A DNA stretch of 64,000 nucleotides from Candidatus Methanomethylophilaceae archaeon (GTDB lineage: Archaea > Thermoplasmatota > Thermoplasmata > Methanomassiliicoccales > Methanomethylophilaceae), in NCBI GenBank assembly GCA_050950505.1, contig JBMNHS010000001.1, positions 832,001-896,000 on the forward strand, given 5' to 3'. The notes beneath the pieces are model-generated. The model was not told where the DNA came from. It saw only the letters and a list, made by a program, of their open reading frames with translations, and made no database searches. Below are positions 39,457 through 49,304 of this stretch, in pieces (position 1 is the stretch's first letter; each line of letters begins with the position of its first letter). A program made the position numbers and the translations under genes.

Positions 39457-41327
39457 AATTCCCCCTTTCGGCAGTTTACAAAGCCGACGAAGCAAAAAAA
39501 GCAGTGTCATGCGCCGCAATCGATCCCGGAATCAAAACTATATTGATCCGAGGTCCACCCGGAACTGCCAAGTCAGTCATTGCTAAATCTTCGGGAGACG
39601 TATTGGGAAAGAACGTCGTGAACATACCGTCAAACACCTCCGAGGGGGATTTGTTCGGCGGTGTCGATATGGAATCTTCCATCAAAGAAGGCAGAATTGT
39701 GCCGCTTGAGGGTCTATTGGCTTCCGCCCACAGAAATGTGGCGGTTGTAGACGATGCGAATCTGATGGATAGGAAAACGTTGTATCAGCTTCTTGATTCG
39801 GTTATTCTCGGAAGGGTGGAAGCGGAGAGGGAAGGAGTATCCGTATCGTATCCCTGCGATACGGTTCTGATAGCAACTGCATGTTTGGAAGAGTCCGACA
39901 TGCCCCTTCATTTACTGGATCGTTTCGACATATGCGTTCATACGAAATCCATGGAAGATAAAAATGTGAAAACCGAAATTCTGAGGAGGATGAACGGTTT
40001 TTCAAACAATACAAAGGAGTTCATCAAGGAATGGGACGGAGAAAAGGAATCCAATCTGTCAAAAATATCCAATGCCGTGAAAATATTGCCTCTGATTACC
40101 GTCTCGGATGAATTTCTGACCATTATGGTTGAACTGTGTGAAAGGATGGGCGTCGACGGCCACCGGGGAGATTTGGCCCTTTTCAGAGTTTCCCGGGCTT
40201 TGGCGGCTCTGGCGGGAAGGGACGAAGTCATCACCGAAGATGTGGAAGCGGCCGCAATAATGTGTCTAGCCCACAGAAGACGGATTTATCCACCGGATCC
40301 GGAAGAACCGGAAGTTCCCGGGGAATCCCAGCAGGACGAAAAACCGGAGAATCCTGATAATCCTGAAAAGCCTAACGAACCCGAAGATAAAGAACCGAAT
40401 GACTCCGAAAACGAAGAAAGCGAACATGATGACAAGGAGGAAACAACGCCCCCATCCCCGGCACCGAATTTTGACGATATGATGTTCAACATAGGGGAGC
40501 AGTTCCGCGTGATAGATTTTCTTACCGGCGTACCGGAAAAAATTGAACGGTCCAATGCGGACAAAGGCAAAAGAAAACGGGCGGTCAGTACCGACGGTTC
40601 GGGAAAATATTCCAACTACGAAGTTCCAAAGGGCCGTTTGACAGATTTGGCTCTGGATGCCACAATACGTTCGGCGGCGCCTTACCAGAAGTACCGGGAT
40701 CCCGGAAAACTCGCCATCGCAATAGAGAAACAGGATCTGAGGCAAAAAGTACGGGAAAAACGAACTGGGGCCACAATAATGTTCGTAGTGGATGCCAGTG
40801 GATCCCTGGGTGTCAGAAGGAGAATGGAAACGGTCAAAGGTGCGGTTCTTTCGATGTTGAAAGACAGTTATGTCAAAAGAGACAAAATAGGCATGATGGC
40901 CTTCAGAAGAACGTCTGCGGAATTAATACTGCATCCGACTCATTCGGCGGAATATGGGTATAAAAAATTAAAAGATCTGCCCACAGGCGGTAAGACGCCC
41001 TTGTCCGATGGAATAGGTTCGGCAGCAAAATTCATGTCATCTTACTCCCGCTCGCACACGGGTGAAAAATGTTATATCGTTTTGATAACGGACGGCAGAG
41101 CAAATGTTCCCTTGAAAGAGGGGGCTGATGCAAACGAAGAAGTTTTGGAAATAGCCGAAAAAGCGATTATTCCCGGATTGAAGTGGATCGTCATCGATGC
41201 ATCCGCAGGTTATGTGAAATTTGATAATGCCGAAAAACTTGCCGAAAAGCTGCAGGCAGCATATTTCAGTATAGACAATCTCAATGCCGATAAATTGGCC
41301 GGCAGCGTAAGAATGGTCGTCGATTGA
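39438..41327 (+). CDS. chlD: Chelatase subunit ChlD/BchD-like (AAA, acidic Pro linker, VWA)
   Basis: GPPGTAKS, E/P/D-rich linker, DATIRSAAP, VDASGS MIDAS, TDGRAN. Confidence 0.92.
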   Translation: MPEGILKFPLSAVYKADEAKKAVSCAAIDPGIKTILIRGPPGTAKSVIAKSSGDVLGKNVVNIPSNTSEGDLFGGVDMESSIKEGRIVPLEGLLASAHRNVAVVDDANLMDRKTLYQLLDSVILGRVEAEREGVSVSYPCDTVLIATACLEESDMPLHLLDRFDICVHTKSMEDKNVKTEILRRMNGFSNNTKEFIKEWDGEKESNLSKISNAVKILPLITVSDEFLTIMVELCERMGVDGHRGDLALFRVSRALAALAGRDEVITEDVEAAAIMCLAHRRRIYPPDPEEPEVPGESQQDEKPENPDNPEKPNEPEDKEPNDSENEESEHDDKEETTPPSPAPNFDDMMFNIGEQFRVIDFLTGVPEKIERSNADKGKRKRAVSTDGSGKYSNYEVPKGRLTDLALDATIRSAAPYQKYRDPGKLAIAIEKQDLRQKVREKRTGATIMFVVDASGSLGVRRRMETVKGAVLSMLKDSYVKRDKIGMMAFRRTSAELILHPTHSAEYGYKKLKDLPTGGKTPLSDGIGSAAKFMSSYSRSHTGEKCYIVLITDGRANVPLKEGADANEEVLEIAEKAIIPGLKWIVIDASAGYVKFDNAEKLAEKLQAAYFSIDNLNADKLAGSVRMVVD

Positions 41328-41409
41328 ATACTCAATCCGAATGGCTTTCACAGATTTTATTTAGAATAAATAATAAAAAGTAAGAAGTTTTCAGATTCCG
41401 AACGGTGAA

Positions 41410-42744
41410 TCAGGACGCCTTGGCCGTGTCGTAATCCGCCTTGGTTATGGTGGTGGTCATATCCAATTTTACATCAAAGCTTCCGTCGGGACCGGTTCCT
41501 TCAAGGTAACCGAGGAATGCATCCACATATTCCTGGAATATTTTATCGCCGAATCCTTCTTCGAACAATTCAGGATAGAATATCTCGGCACAGTATGCGA
41601 CTCTGCAGGGGACAGGCATACTGGCATTGATGAATACCATGTTTCCGTCAATGTATGCTTTGCCTGCGTGCAAATAACTGTTATTTGCATTTTCCCAGGT
41701 TTCTACAACATCATCGACAATATAGTCTCTGGTTCTGAAACTTATCATCCATTCGGCGGCATCGAACATTGTGATTGCATCTTCAGTTTCCAATTTTGAG
41801 GATGTGTCACCGGGGAAAATGGTTAAGTTGTTTCCTCCGGCAGCCTCAGTAACCTGCGTGTAAGCGGAATCAATTTCGGTTATGTAACGCCACATGGTCA
41901 ATGAAATGCATTTAACCTTTTCATCATCGGAAAGATCCTTCAGCTTGTTATCAATCATATCATACAGCGCATGAGTTTTTTCGTAGTAATCTCTGGCCTG
42001 TTCTTCCACTTCGGTACCGAGCAATACGCCTATGGTGAGACAAGCATTGACCTGATCTATGGGGGCTGAGCACTTGATTCTCAGAACGGGTATGCCTGCG
42101 GCATTAATATCATCGATTTTATCGGAAACGGCGGCATCCGTCATTGCAAATATTGCGCCGATACCGCCCTCCTCATGCAGGTCTGCATCCAGCGCGATAA
42201 GGCCACTGTAGTTGGCATTATTTATTTCCCTTGTACCCGCAAGTTTTGTAGCGCCCGCATCGACAACAACCTGCTGTTCCACGGCGTAATTGCTTGCAAC
42301 AAATCCTGCAATACTGTTTTCACCGCCGATCAGTATGAACATGGACAGCATATCCGCATTGACGGTAACCACATTTTTCAAAGGATACTGTACTTCAATG
42401 ACAGACTCGTTCTGATCGATCACAAAAGCTTTGGTGGGCTCACCGTCGATAATATTTTGAACGATTTTCCTATCGGCCGCAGTGACCTTTCCGTCATTGT
42501 TCGCATCGGCGAATTCATAATCGGACAGTTCCTTTTTACCGTCGATTATGTCATTGATTATATCTATGTCATCTTGGTCTATACGATCGTCCTCGTTGGC
42601 ATTACCCAGTATGGGCAAAGACGTGTGAGGTACGTAATCTCCGGAACCGCCGCTTCCTTTGTAAAGGAACACCCCGGCACCGATGACCGTAGCGGCTATG
42701 ACAAGGATAGCCGCAATGATCAGAGTCATATTTTTATTGTTCAT
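41410..42744 (-). CDS. Membrane-anchored ABC substrate-binding protein with dockerin-like Ca-binding repeats
   Basis: N-terminal TM; GNANEDDRIDQDD and DANNDGKVTAAD repeats; AEIFYPELF end motif. Confidence 0.85.
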   Translation of the reverse strand: MNNKNMTLIIAAILVIAATVIGAGVFLYKGSGGSGDYVPHTSLPILGNANEDDRIDQDDIDIINDIIDGKKELSDYEFADANNDGKVTAADRKIVQNIIDGEPTKAFVIDQNESVIEVQYPLKNVVTVNADMLSMFILIGGENSIAGFVASNYAVEQQVVVDAGATKLAGTREINNANYSGLIALDADLHEEGGIGAIFAMTDAAVSDKIDDINAAGIPVLRIKCSAPIDQVNACLTIGVLLGTEVEEQARDYYEKTHALYDMIDNKLKDLSDDEKVKCISLTMWRYITEIDSAYTQVTEAAGGNNLTIFPGDTSSKLETEDAITMFDAAEWMISFRTRDYIVDDVVETWENANNSYLHAGKAYIDGNMVFINASMPVPCRVAYCAEIFYPELFEEGFGDKIFQEYVDAFLGYLEGTGPDGSFDVKLDMTTTITKADYDTAKAS

Positions 42745-42754
42745 ATTACACCTA

Positions 42755-42773
42755 CTTGGATGTATAATCCAAC
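42755..42773. promoter_or_regulatory. Operator box 7 (binding protein 2)
   Basis: CTTGGATGTATAATCCAAC. Confidence 0.75.
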
Positions 42774-42844
42774 TTATAATAATCCACTCCATATTAAGCC
42801 GTTTCGCATCTACAGATTAAAGGAAAAAAATCATTGTTATATAT

Positions 42845-42863
42845 GTTGGACATATTATCCAAC
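42845..42863. promoter_or_regulatory. Operator box 8 (permease pair)
   Basis: GTTGGA-CATATTA-TCCAAC, 3 nt before the ATG. Confidence 0.75.
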
Positions 42864-42866
42864 CAA

Positions 42867-43943
42867 ATGAGGGATAACGTTAGTAAATTTGAAGAATACC
42901 GAAGGGGAAATTCCTCCAAAATACTCTTCATAATCGTGTGCGTCGTGCTGTTGTTGATAGCGGCGCTAGTGTCCCTCTCAGTCGGAACAAGAATAGGATT
43001 CGGCAGAACTGCCGAGGTTGTGTTCAACCATTTAACCGGAGTGACGTATCCCAAAAGGTCGCCAGAATGGTGGGAAGATTACTATATTTTTCAAAACGTA
43101 ATGCCTGAAGTCGTGGTGGCGATCATAGCGGGAGCGGGTCTCGCAGTCACCGGAGTCATCATGCAGAGCATAATGAACAACCCCTTGGCAGATCCATACA
43201 CCACAGGTATTTCCTCAGGCGCCAGTCTTGGAGCCGTAACTGCCATAATAATGGGTTACACATTCAGTTCCATCGCAGGTGAAATGGGCATTGTGTCCAA
43301 TGCATTCATCGGCGCAATGGTTCCAGCGCTGATTATTATTCTGTTATCGAAACGAGTGGGCAATTCTCCGGCGACGATTATCCTCATTGGTACTGCAATC
43401 TCATATTTCTTCAATGCTTTGACAACGCTGATTATGATTACCGCCGATTCTGAAGCCCTCCAATCGGCGTATATGTGGCAGATAGGCAGTGTTGCCGGTG
43501 TTTCATGGAGCAGCATACCTTTGATGCTGGTAATTGTGACGGCTTCTTCGATTTTTGCAATTTTGCTTTCCCGATCGTTGAACCTTATGACATTGGGTGA
43601 TGAAAGCGCAAGATCGCTGGGTATGGATGCGGAAAGGCTCAGGATGGTATGCATCATGGTTTCTTCATTTCTCATTGCGTCCATCGTCAGTTATACAGGA
43701 ATAATAGGATTTGTAGGTCTGGTTTCCCCCCATATAGTAAGATTTGTTGTAGGAAGCGACAACAGATTTGTTATCCCCGCATCAATAGTCGCGGGGGCGC
43801 TTTTGCTCACGGTGGCGTTGATGCTGTCCCGCTTGCTCAATTCCTTCGGATACATTCCGATAGGTGTGGTCGTTTCGTTCATAGGGGCACCCATATTCCT
43901 GTATCTCGTGGTCCGGGACAAGTCGGGGAGGGAGATATGGTGA
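42867..43943 (+). CDS. FecCD/BtuC-family permease
   Basis: NPLADPYTTGISSGA, GIIGFVGLVSPH. Confidence 0.92.
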   Translation: MRDNVSKFEEYRRGNSSKILFIIVCVVLLLIAALVSLSVGTRIGFGRTAEVVFNHLTGVTYPKRSPEWWEDYYIFQNVMPEVVVAIIAGAGLAVTGVIMQSIMNNPLADPYTTGISSGASLGAVTAIIMGYTFSSIAGEMGIVSNAFIGAMVPALIIILLSKRVGNSPATIILIGTAISYFFNALTTLIMITADSEALQSAYMWQIGSVAGVSWSSIPLMLVIVTASSIFAILLSRSLNLMTLGDESARSLGMDAERLRMVCIMVSSFLIASIVSYTGIIGFVGLVSPHIVRFVVGSDNRFVIPASIVAGALLLTVALMLSRLLNSFGYIPIGVVVSFIGAPIFLYLVVRDKSGREIW

Positions 43944-45001
43944 ATTCCAAATCCTTGCAGAAGAAAATGTACCTGTCTTCTGCCCGTAAAAAAATAATGT
44001 TCATATTATTATGTGCGATACTGACGGTTATTGTATTCATATACTATCTCAAAGTGGGATTTTATTCGACGACCATGTCGGATATTTTCGAAATAATATC
44101 CGCGCATTTCACAGGCAAAGAAGTCGATTATCAGGCAGATTTGATTATATGGGGTAAAAGAATCCCTCGTGCAATAATGGCCGTATTCTGCGGAGCCAGC
44201 CTTGCGGTCGGAGGGGCAGTTATACAGACGGTGTTAAGAAATCCCCTTACGGATTCTTACACCACAGGCATATCTTCCGGAGCCTTTCTCGGAGTAACGT
44301 TGTTCCTAATACTGGATATATCGTTAATCCCATCCGCTCAGAACCTGTCGCTAGTGTTCAATGCCTTTTTGTTTTCATTGATACCTGTTGCCGCAATATT
44401 GGTGGTTTCAGGAAAGAAGCGGGTGACGGCGTCCAGACTGATACTCACCGGAATAGCGGTCATGTATTTGTTTTCGGCAACGTCGACTTTGCTGATGGTT
44501 TCGACAGACCATGAGACTCTCTCCGAAGCATATTCCTGGAGAATAGGCACGCTTGCAAACACCGGTTGGATATCCGTACCCATTGTCGTGACGGTCACCG
44601 TCATATGCATTCTGTTTCTGTTCAGCAAATCCAGGGAATTCAACATTGTTTCGGCCGGCGAGAAAGTTGCACAATCCCTCGGTGTCAATTCGAAAAAAGT
44701 CACCGTCATGGCTTTGATTGTCGTGGCCTTCATGACGGCGAGTTCCGTCAGTTTCACGGGAACAATAGGATTCGTCGGACTGGTCGCTCCTCATATCTCA
44801 AGAATTTTCATTGGATCCGATTGCAGATATCTGATCCCGGCATCGGCCTTCGTCGGAGCTTTGTTTTTATTGTCAATGGATGCAATTGCGAAAGTTTCCG
44901 GAGATTTGGGACTGCCTGTGGGAGTCATCAGTGCACTGATAGGTGCGCCGCTGTTCGTGATAATTCTGGTAAAAAACAAAAAAACAGCCTGGGATATATG
45001 A
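43937..45001 (+). CDS. FecCD/BtuC-family permease
   Basis: RIPR, RNPLTDSYTTGISSGA, GTIGFVGLVAPH; GGAG RBS. Confidence 0.92.
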   Translation: MVNSKSLQKKMYLSSARKKIMFILLCAILTVIVFIYYLKVGFYSTTMSDIFEIISAHFTGKEVDYQADLIIWGKRIPRAIMAVFCGASLAVGGAVIQTVLRNPLTDSYTTGISSGAFLGVTLFLILDISLIPSAQNLSLVFNAFLFSLIPVAAILVVSGKKRVTASRLILTGIAVMYLFSATSTLLMVSTDHETLSEAYSWRIGTLANTGWISVPIVVTVTVICILFLFSKSREFNIVSAGEKVAQSLGVNSKKVTVMALIVVAFMTASSVSFTGTIGFVGLVAPHISRIFIGSDCRYLIPASAFVGALFLLSMDAIAKVSGDLGLPVGVISALIGAPLFVIILVKNKKTAWDI

Positions 45002-45150
45002 CCGACAGCTTCGTAGGAAAACATACCGAATATAATCGAAGAGAGCCCCCAGTCATCCTTATAAATAAGACCTGCATATTCTGCCACGAAATTAAGCGAT
45101 GTCTGCGTTGAAGTCGCAGGCGGTTTGACTTCAGATCTAAGTGATATTAT

Positions 45151-46587
45151 ATGATCTCGAACTTTACAAAATTAGGTATTGCGGAAGATGCGGCAAAAGC
45201 CATGTTGGACATGGGCTGGGAAACCCCCACCCCCATCCAAGAAGCCGCGGTTCCCATAGGATTGGAAGGGCAGGATATGTTTGCCCAGGCTCAGACCGGT
45301 ACGGGAAAAACCGGGTGCTACGGTTCCATAATCATCGGCAAAACGGAAGCCGAACAGAAAACGCCCCATTCAATCATTCTCGTTCCCACAAGGGAACTGG
45401 CGGTACAGGTTTCCAAAGAGCTTTCGGCTCTTTCGAAATATACGAAACACGTGAGCATACCGATTTACGGCGGCGTCAGCATAGACGGACAGATCAAGAA
45501 ACTCAACAACGGCGTCGACATAATAGCCGGAACGCCCGGAAGGGTCAAGGATCTCATGAGGCAGGGCGCGTTGAACCTGTCCGCGATAAAAGTCGTGGTG
45601 TTGGACGAAGCCGACCGCATGCTGGAAATGGGATTCATCGAAGACATCGAAGATATTCTCAAAATGATGCCTGTCGAAAGGCAGACTCTTCTGATGTCGG
45701 CAACCATGCCGGAAGACATCAAACGTCTTTCTTACGACTATATGAAAAAGCCTGTCGAAATCAGTGTTTCCAGGGACGAAGTCGTTTTGGATCTTACAAA
45801 ACAGTACTACATCTCCATCGGCAGAAGAAACAAGTCCTGGGCATTGAGCAGGATACTTGACGCAAACAAATCCAAAGCGATTATTTTCTGCCAGACAAAG
45901 AGAATGGTGGACATGCTCGTCGAGCGTTTGGAACGTTACGATTACAAAGCGGAAGCAATCCATGGGGACATGCCCCAAAACAAGAGGGAAAAAGTCCTCA
46001 AGGAATTCAAGGACTTCCGCGAAGGCAAAGATGATGAAAAACGCACCGTGAGGATTCTCGTCGCTACCGATGTGGCCGCAAGGGGACTCGATGTGGAAGA
46101 CATCACCTTCGTAATAAACTACGACATGCCCGAAGACGTTGAAACTTACATCCACAGAATAGGAAGAACCGGCCGTGCCGGAAAAGAAGGCACAGCCATT
46201 TCATTCGTGACCGCGGAGGAAGAGCATCTCATTGACGAATTTGAGCTGAGGACCGAAATGGTCATCGAGAGGATGGAAGTTCCCGGTGTCGAAAAGGGCG
46301 AGAAAGACACCATACGGAAAGTGGTGGACTTCGATCAGGCCGCCGACGTGTTCGGAATGGTCAAGTTCGAAATAAGTCTCGGCAAGAAAGACGGACTGGG
46401 AAAAGTCGCCATATCCGACTTCATTGTAAGGAATGCCAGGATAATGGAATATGCCATCGGCGATATTGAAATCGGAAAGAATTCCTCCGTCATCGAAGTG
46501 CACAAAGACTTCGGCATGAAAATGACCAGGGATTTGGTTAAGGCAAAGTTTGACGGGAAAAGAATTAACGTACAGGTCGTACAGTAA
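45151..46587 (+). CDS. DEAD-box RNA helicase with DbpA-type RNA-binding domain
   Basis: AQTGTGKT, PTRELA, DEAD, SAT, HRIGRTGR. Confidence 0.95.
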   Translation: MISNFTKLGIAEDAAKAMLDMGWETPTPIQEAAVPIGLEGQDMFAQAQTGTGKTGCYGSIIIGKTEAEQKTPHSIILVPTRELAVQVSKELSALSKYTKHVSIPIYGGVSIDGQIKKLNNGVDIIAGTPGRVKDLMRQGALNLSAIKVVVLDEADRMLEMGFIEDIEDILKMMPVERQTLLMSATMPEDIKRLSYDYMKKPVEISVSRDEVVLDLTKQYYISIGRRNKSWALSRILDANKSKAIIFCQTKRMVDMLVERLERYDYKAEAIHGDMPQNKREKVLKEFKDFREGKDDEKRTVRILVATDVAARGLDVEDITFVINYDMPEDVETYIHRIGRTGRAGKEGTAISFVTAEEEHLIDEFELRTEMVIERMEVPGVEKGEKDTIRKVVDFDQAADVFGMVKFEISLGKKDGLGKVAISDFIVRNARIMEYAIGDIEIGKNSSVIEVHKDFGMKMTRDLVKAKFDGKRINVQVVQ

Positions 46588-46620
46588 TCCTTCCCGCCAA
46601 ACCTCTTTTTTTTATTTGAA

Positions 46621-49242
46621 TCAGTTTCCGGAACCTATACCCAGCACAATCAGGATATTTCCCACCTGCAGGGTCTCCACCGCCATTCCGTCCAACATGA
46701 GACGGGTTTCCAGTTCAAAGAATTCCGGACCCAGTTCGTAAGTTTCCCCGGCTTCGATTGTAACCTTTCCGTATTCAATCTGTTCCGCAACGTCCTTAGG
46801 ATCCATCTTCGACAGAGCCGCGATTATGTCTTTGGCGCCGGCTTTGAAAGCAGGTCCCAGTTTAGCATGCACGGGTTTGATTCCGACGACCTCTTCCGAG
46901 ATTTCCGCGGATTCGGCGACGATTATGTTGACGGCTTTGGTGGTTTCCGAGATGTCGGCGATAGCGTCCTTCAACAGCACCGCGTCCTTGCCCACAAGTT
47001 CCAGTGAAGGAATTTCCGAGTTCAACGCTATTTTCTTGGATGATTTCCAGGCTCTGACGGAAGCGACCACTTCCTTCAGGATTTCCCCCTCGATTTCCGC
47101 GTTTGCGTCGTCAAGAAGAGGCTCGGGCCAGGAAGTGAGGTGTATGCTCTCGGTCCCTTCAAACTCTTTGAAGATTCTCTGGTACATCTCTTCGGTGACA
47201 TGGGGGAACAGAGGGGCAATCATCTTCAGAGAACCTAAGAAAACATTGTATAACGTGTACACAACGGCGTCGTCATCCCTTCCTTTGACCATTTCCACAT
47301 AGTGGTCGGCAAACTCATGCCAGATGAAAGATTCCAATGTTTTCAAAGCTCTGTCGAACTGATATTCTTCGTAAAAAGCACCGGCTTCTTCAACAACTCC
47401 CGAAAACTTGGAAAGTATCCATTTGTCCGATACGCGCAGCGTGTCGCAGGCATCGGCGGGTTTCTTTTTGAGGAATCTGGAAACGAAGAGTCCGAGGTTG
47501 AAGACTTTGTTGCAGAATCTTCCTCCGCGGACCACGTCCGGTTCTCTGAACGCATGGTCGATGCCCAGCGAACAGGTCGCGGCGTAATATCTGAGGGCGT
47601 CAGCGCCGTATTTTTCCAAAATGGGAACGGGATCGATGACGTTTCCGATGGACGAATGCATCGGCGTGCCGTCGGGAGACATAATAAATCCGTTGATCAT
47701 AACGTCGTCCCAGGGTTTTTTGCCGGTCATCTGTTCGGAACGCAGTATGGTATAGAACGCCCAGGTGCGTATGATGTCATGGGACTGAGGTCTCATGGAC
47801 ATCGGGTACAGTTTCTTGTGAAGCTCTTCGTCTCTTTTCCAGAATGTGTTGTAAAGAGCGGAACCGGAAGAATCCATCCAAGTGTCAAAGACGTCCGTGG
47901 ATCCTATCAGCTTTCCGCCGCATTCGGGACACTTTTCCACGGGGGGATTGTATTCAGTGGGATCGCAGTAAAGCATGTCTTCCGTGGCACACACGGCGCG
48001 ATCGCAATCCTCGCATTCCCAAATCGGAATCGGAGTGGCAAAAACTCTCTGTCTGCTGAGGACCCAGTCCCATTCAAGGGATTCGACCCAATCTATGAGG
48101 CGCACCTTCATGAATTCCGGGTGCCAGTTTATCTCGTCGGCTATTTTGAGAACCTGTTCTTTAAAATCCAAAGTTTTGAGGAACCACTGGGGAACCTGAA
48201 GATATTCGATGGGGGCTTTGCATCTCCAGCATACGGAGAGCTGCTGAGGGTTGTCCTTCTGATTGTCGAGAAGTCCCCGTTCCCTCAGGTCTTCGATCGA
48301 AGCTTTTCTGGCTTCGGTGACGGTCATCCCTTGGTATTTTCCGGCGATTTCGGTCATGTTGCCTGTTTCGTCAATCCCCTTTTCCATGGGAAGATGATAT
48401 TTCATGACCCATTCCAGATCGTCTTTGTCTCCGATGGTGCAGATCATGACGAACCCGGTTCCGTACGCAGGATCAACTTTGTCGTCGGCGATGACCTTTA
48501 CCCTCTTGCCGAACAGAGGCGTGACCAGTTCCTTTCCTACAAGGTGTGCCTTGTCCTCATCCTCGGGATGAACGGCGACAACCTGACAGGTGCAGAGAAG
48601 TTCCGGTCTCGTCGTTGCAATCAAAACTGAATCATCGGTGTCCGCAACGCCGAATTTTATGAAATTGAGTTTTGTTACGTTGTCCAAGTAATCCACTTCC
48701 GCATCCGCCAAAGCGGTCATGCATCTGGGACACCAATTGACGGGATAGTTTGCTTTGTAAACCAAGCCCCTGTTGAACAACTCGACGAAAGACAGTTGGG
48801 TGATTCTTCTGTAATACGGCGCATCCGTCTGATAGTAAATGCTGGGATCCATGCTTTCCCCGAGTTTCTCGAAGTCCCTGGTCATCTCGTCGATGAATCC
48901 GTTGGCGTAATCGCTGCAGAGTTTTCTGTACTCCGCACGGGGAAGATCCAGTTTGGTGATGTTGTGTTTCTTTTCCACCCTTACTTCGATCGGAGTTCCG
49001 TTGACATCAAAACAAAGAGGGAAGAATACGTTGAATCCCTTCATTCTCTTGTAGCGGGCGGCGAAATCGGATATGGAGTATCCGGTCGCGTGACCCAAAT
49101 GCATTGAACCCGAGGTGTACCGAGGGGGGTTATCTATGCTGAAGACGGGGGCGTCGGAGTTTTTGTCGAAACGGTAAATCTCCTTATCCTTCCACATCTT
49201 CTGCCATCGCCCCTCTATCGAAGAAGAGTCATACTGAGACAT
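46621..49242 (-). CDS. valS: Valine--tRNA ligase (archaeal type)
   Basis: HLGH, TALADAEV, TTRPE, WVLSRQR, DTWMDSS, DIIRTW. Confidence 0.95.
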   Translation of the reverse strand: MSQYDSSSIEGRWQKMWKDKEIYRFDKNSDAPVFSIDNPPRYTSGSMHLGHATGYSISDFAARYKRMKGFNVFFPLCFDVNGTPIEVRVEKKHNITKLDLPRAEYRKLCSDYANGFIDEMTRDFEKLGESMDPSIYYQTDAPYYRRITQLSFVELFNRGLVYKANYPVNWCPRCMTALADAEVDYLDNVTKLNFIKFGVADTDDSVLIATTRPELLCTCQVVAVHPEDEDKAHLVGKELVTPLFGKRVKVIADDKVDPAYGTGFVMICTIGDKDDLEWVMKYHLPMEKGIDETGNMTEIAGKYQGMTVTEARKASIEDLRERGLLDNQKDNPQQLSVCWRCKAPIEYLQVPQWFLKTLDFKEQVLKIADEINWHPEFMKVRLIDWVESLEWDWVLSRQRVFATPIPIWECEDCDRAVCATEDMLYCDPTEYNPPVEKCPECGGKLIGSTDVFDTWMDSSGSALYNTFWKRDEELHKKLYPMSMRPQSHDIIRTWAFYTILRSEQMTGKKPWDDVMINGFIMSPDGTPMHSSIGNVIDPVPILEKYGADALRYYAATCSLGIDHAFREPDVVRGGRFCNKVFNLGLFVSRFLKKKPADACDTLRVSDKWILSKFSGVVEEAGAFYEEYQFDRALKTLESFIWHEFADHYVEMVKGRDDDAVVYTLYNVFLGSLKMIAPLFPHVTEEMYQRIFKEFEGTESIHLTSWPEPLLDDANAEIEGEILKEVVASVRAWKSSKKIALNSEIPSLELVGKDAVLLKDAIADISETTKAVNIIVAESAEISEEVVGIKPVHAKLGPAFKAGAKDIIAALSKMDPKDVAEQIEYGKVTIEAGETYELGPEFFELETRLMLDGMAVETLQVGNILIVLGIGSGN

Positions 49243-49304
49243 GTTGAACGGACTCATTATAAAAGTAGATAATAAAAGGTTTGCTGAAAGGGTTTGCCTT
49301 AAGC

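Noticed and set aside
40285-40470. Low-complexity E/P/D/N repeat-like stretch
   Set aside because: This is the normal acidic proline-rich linker of ChlD/BchD.
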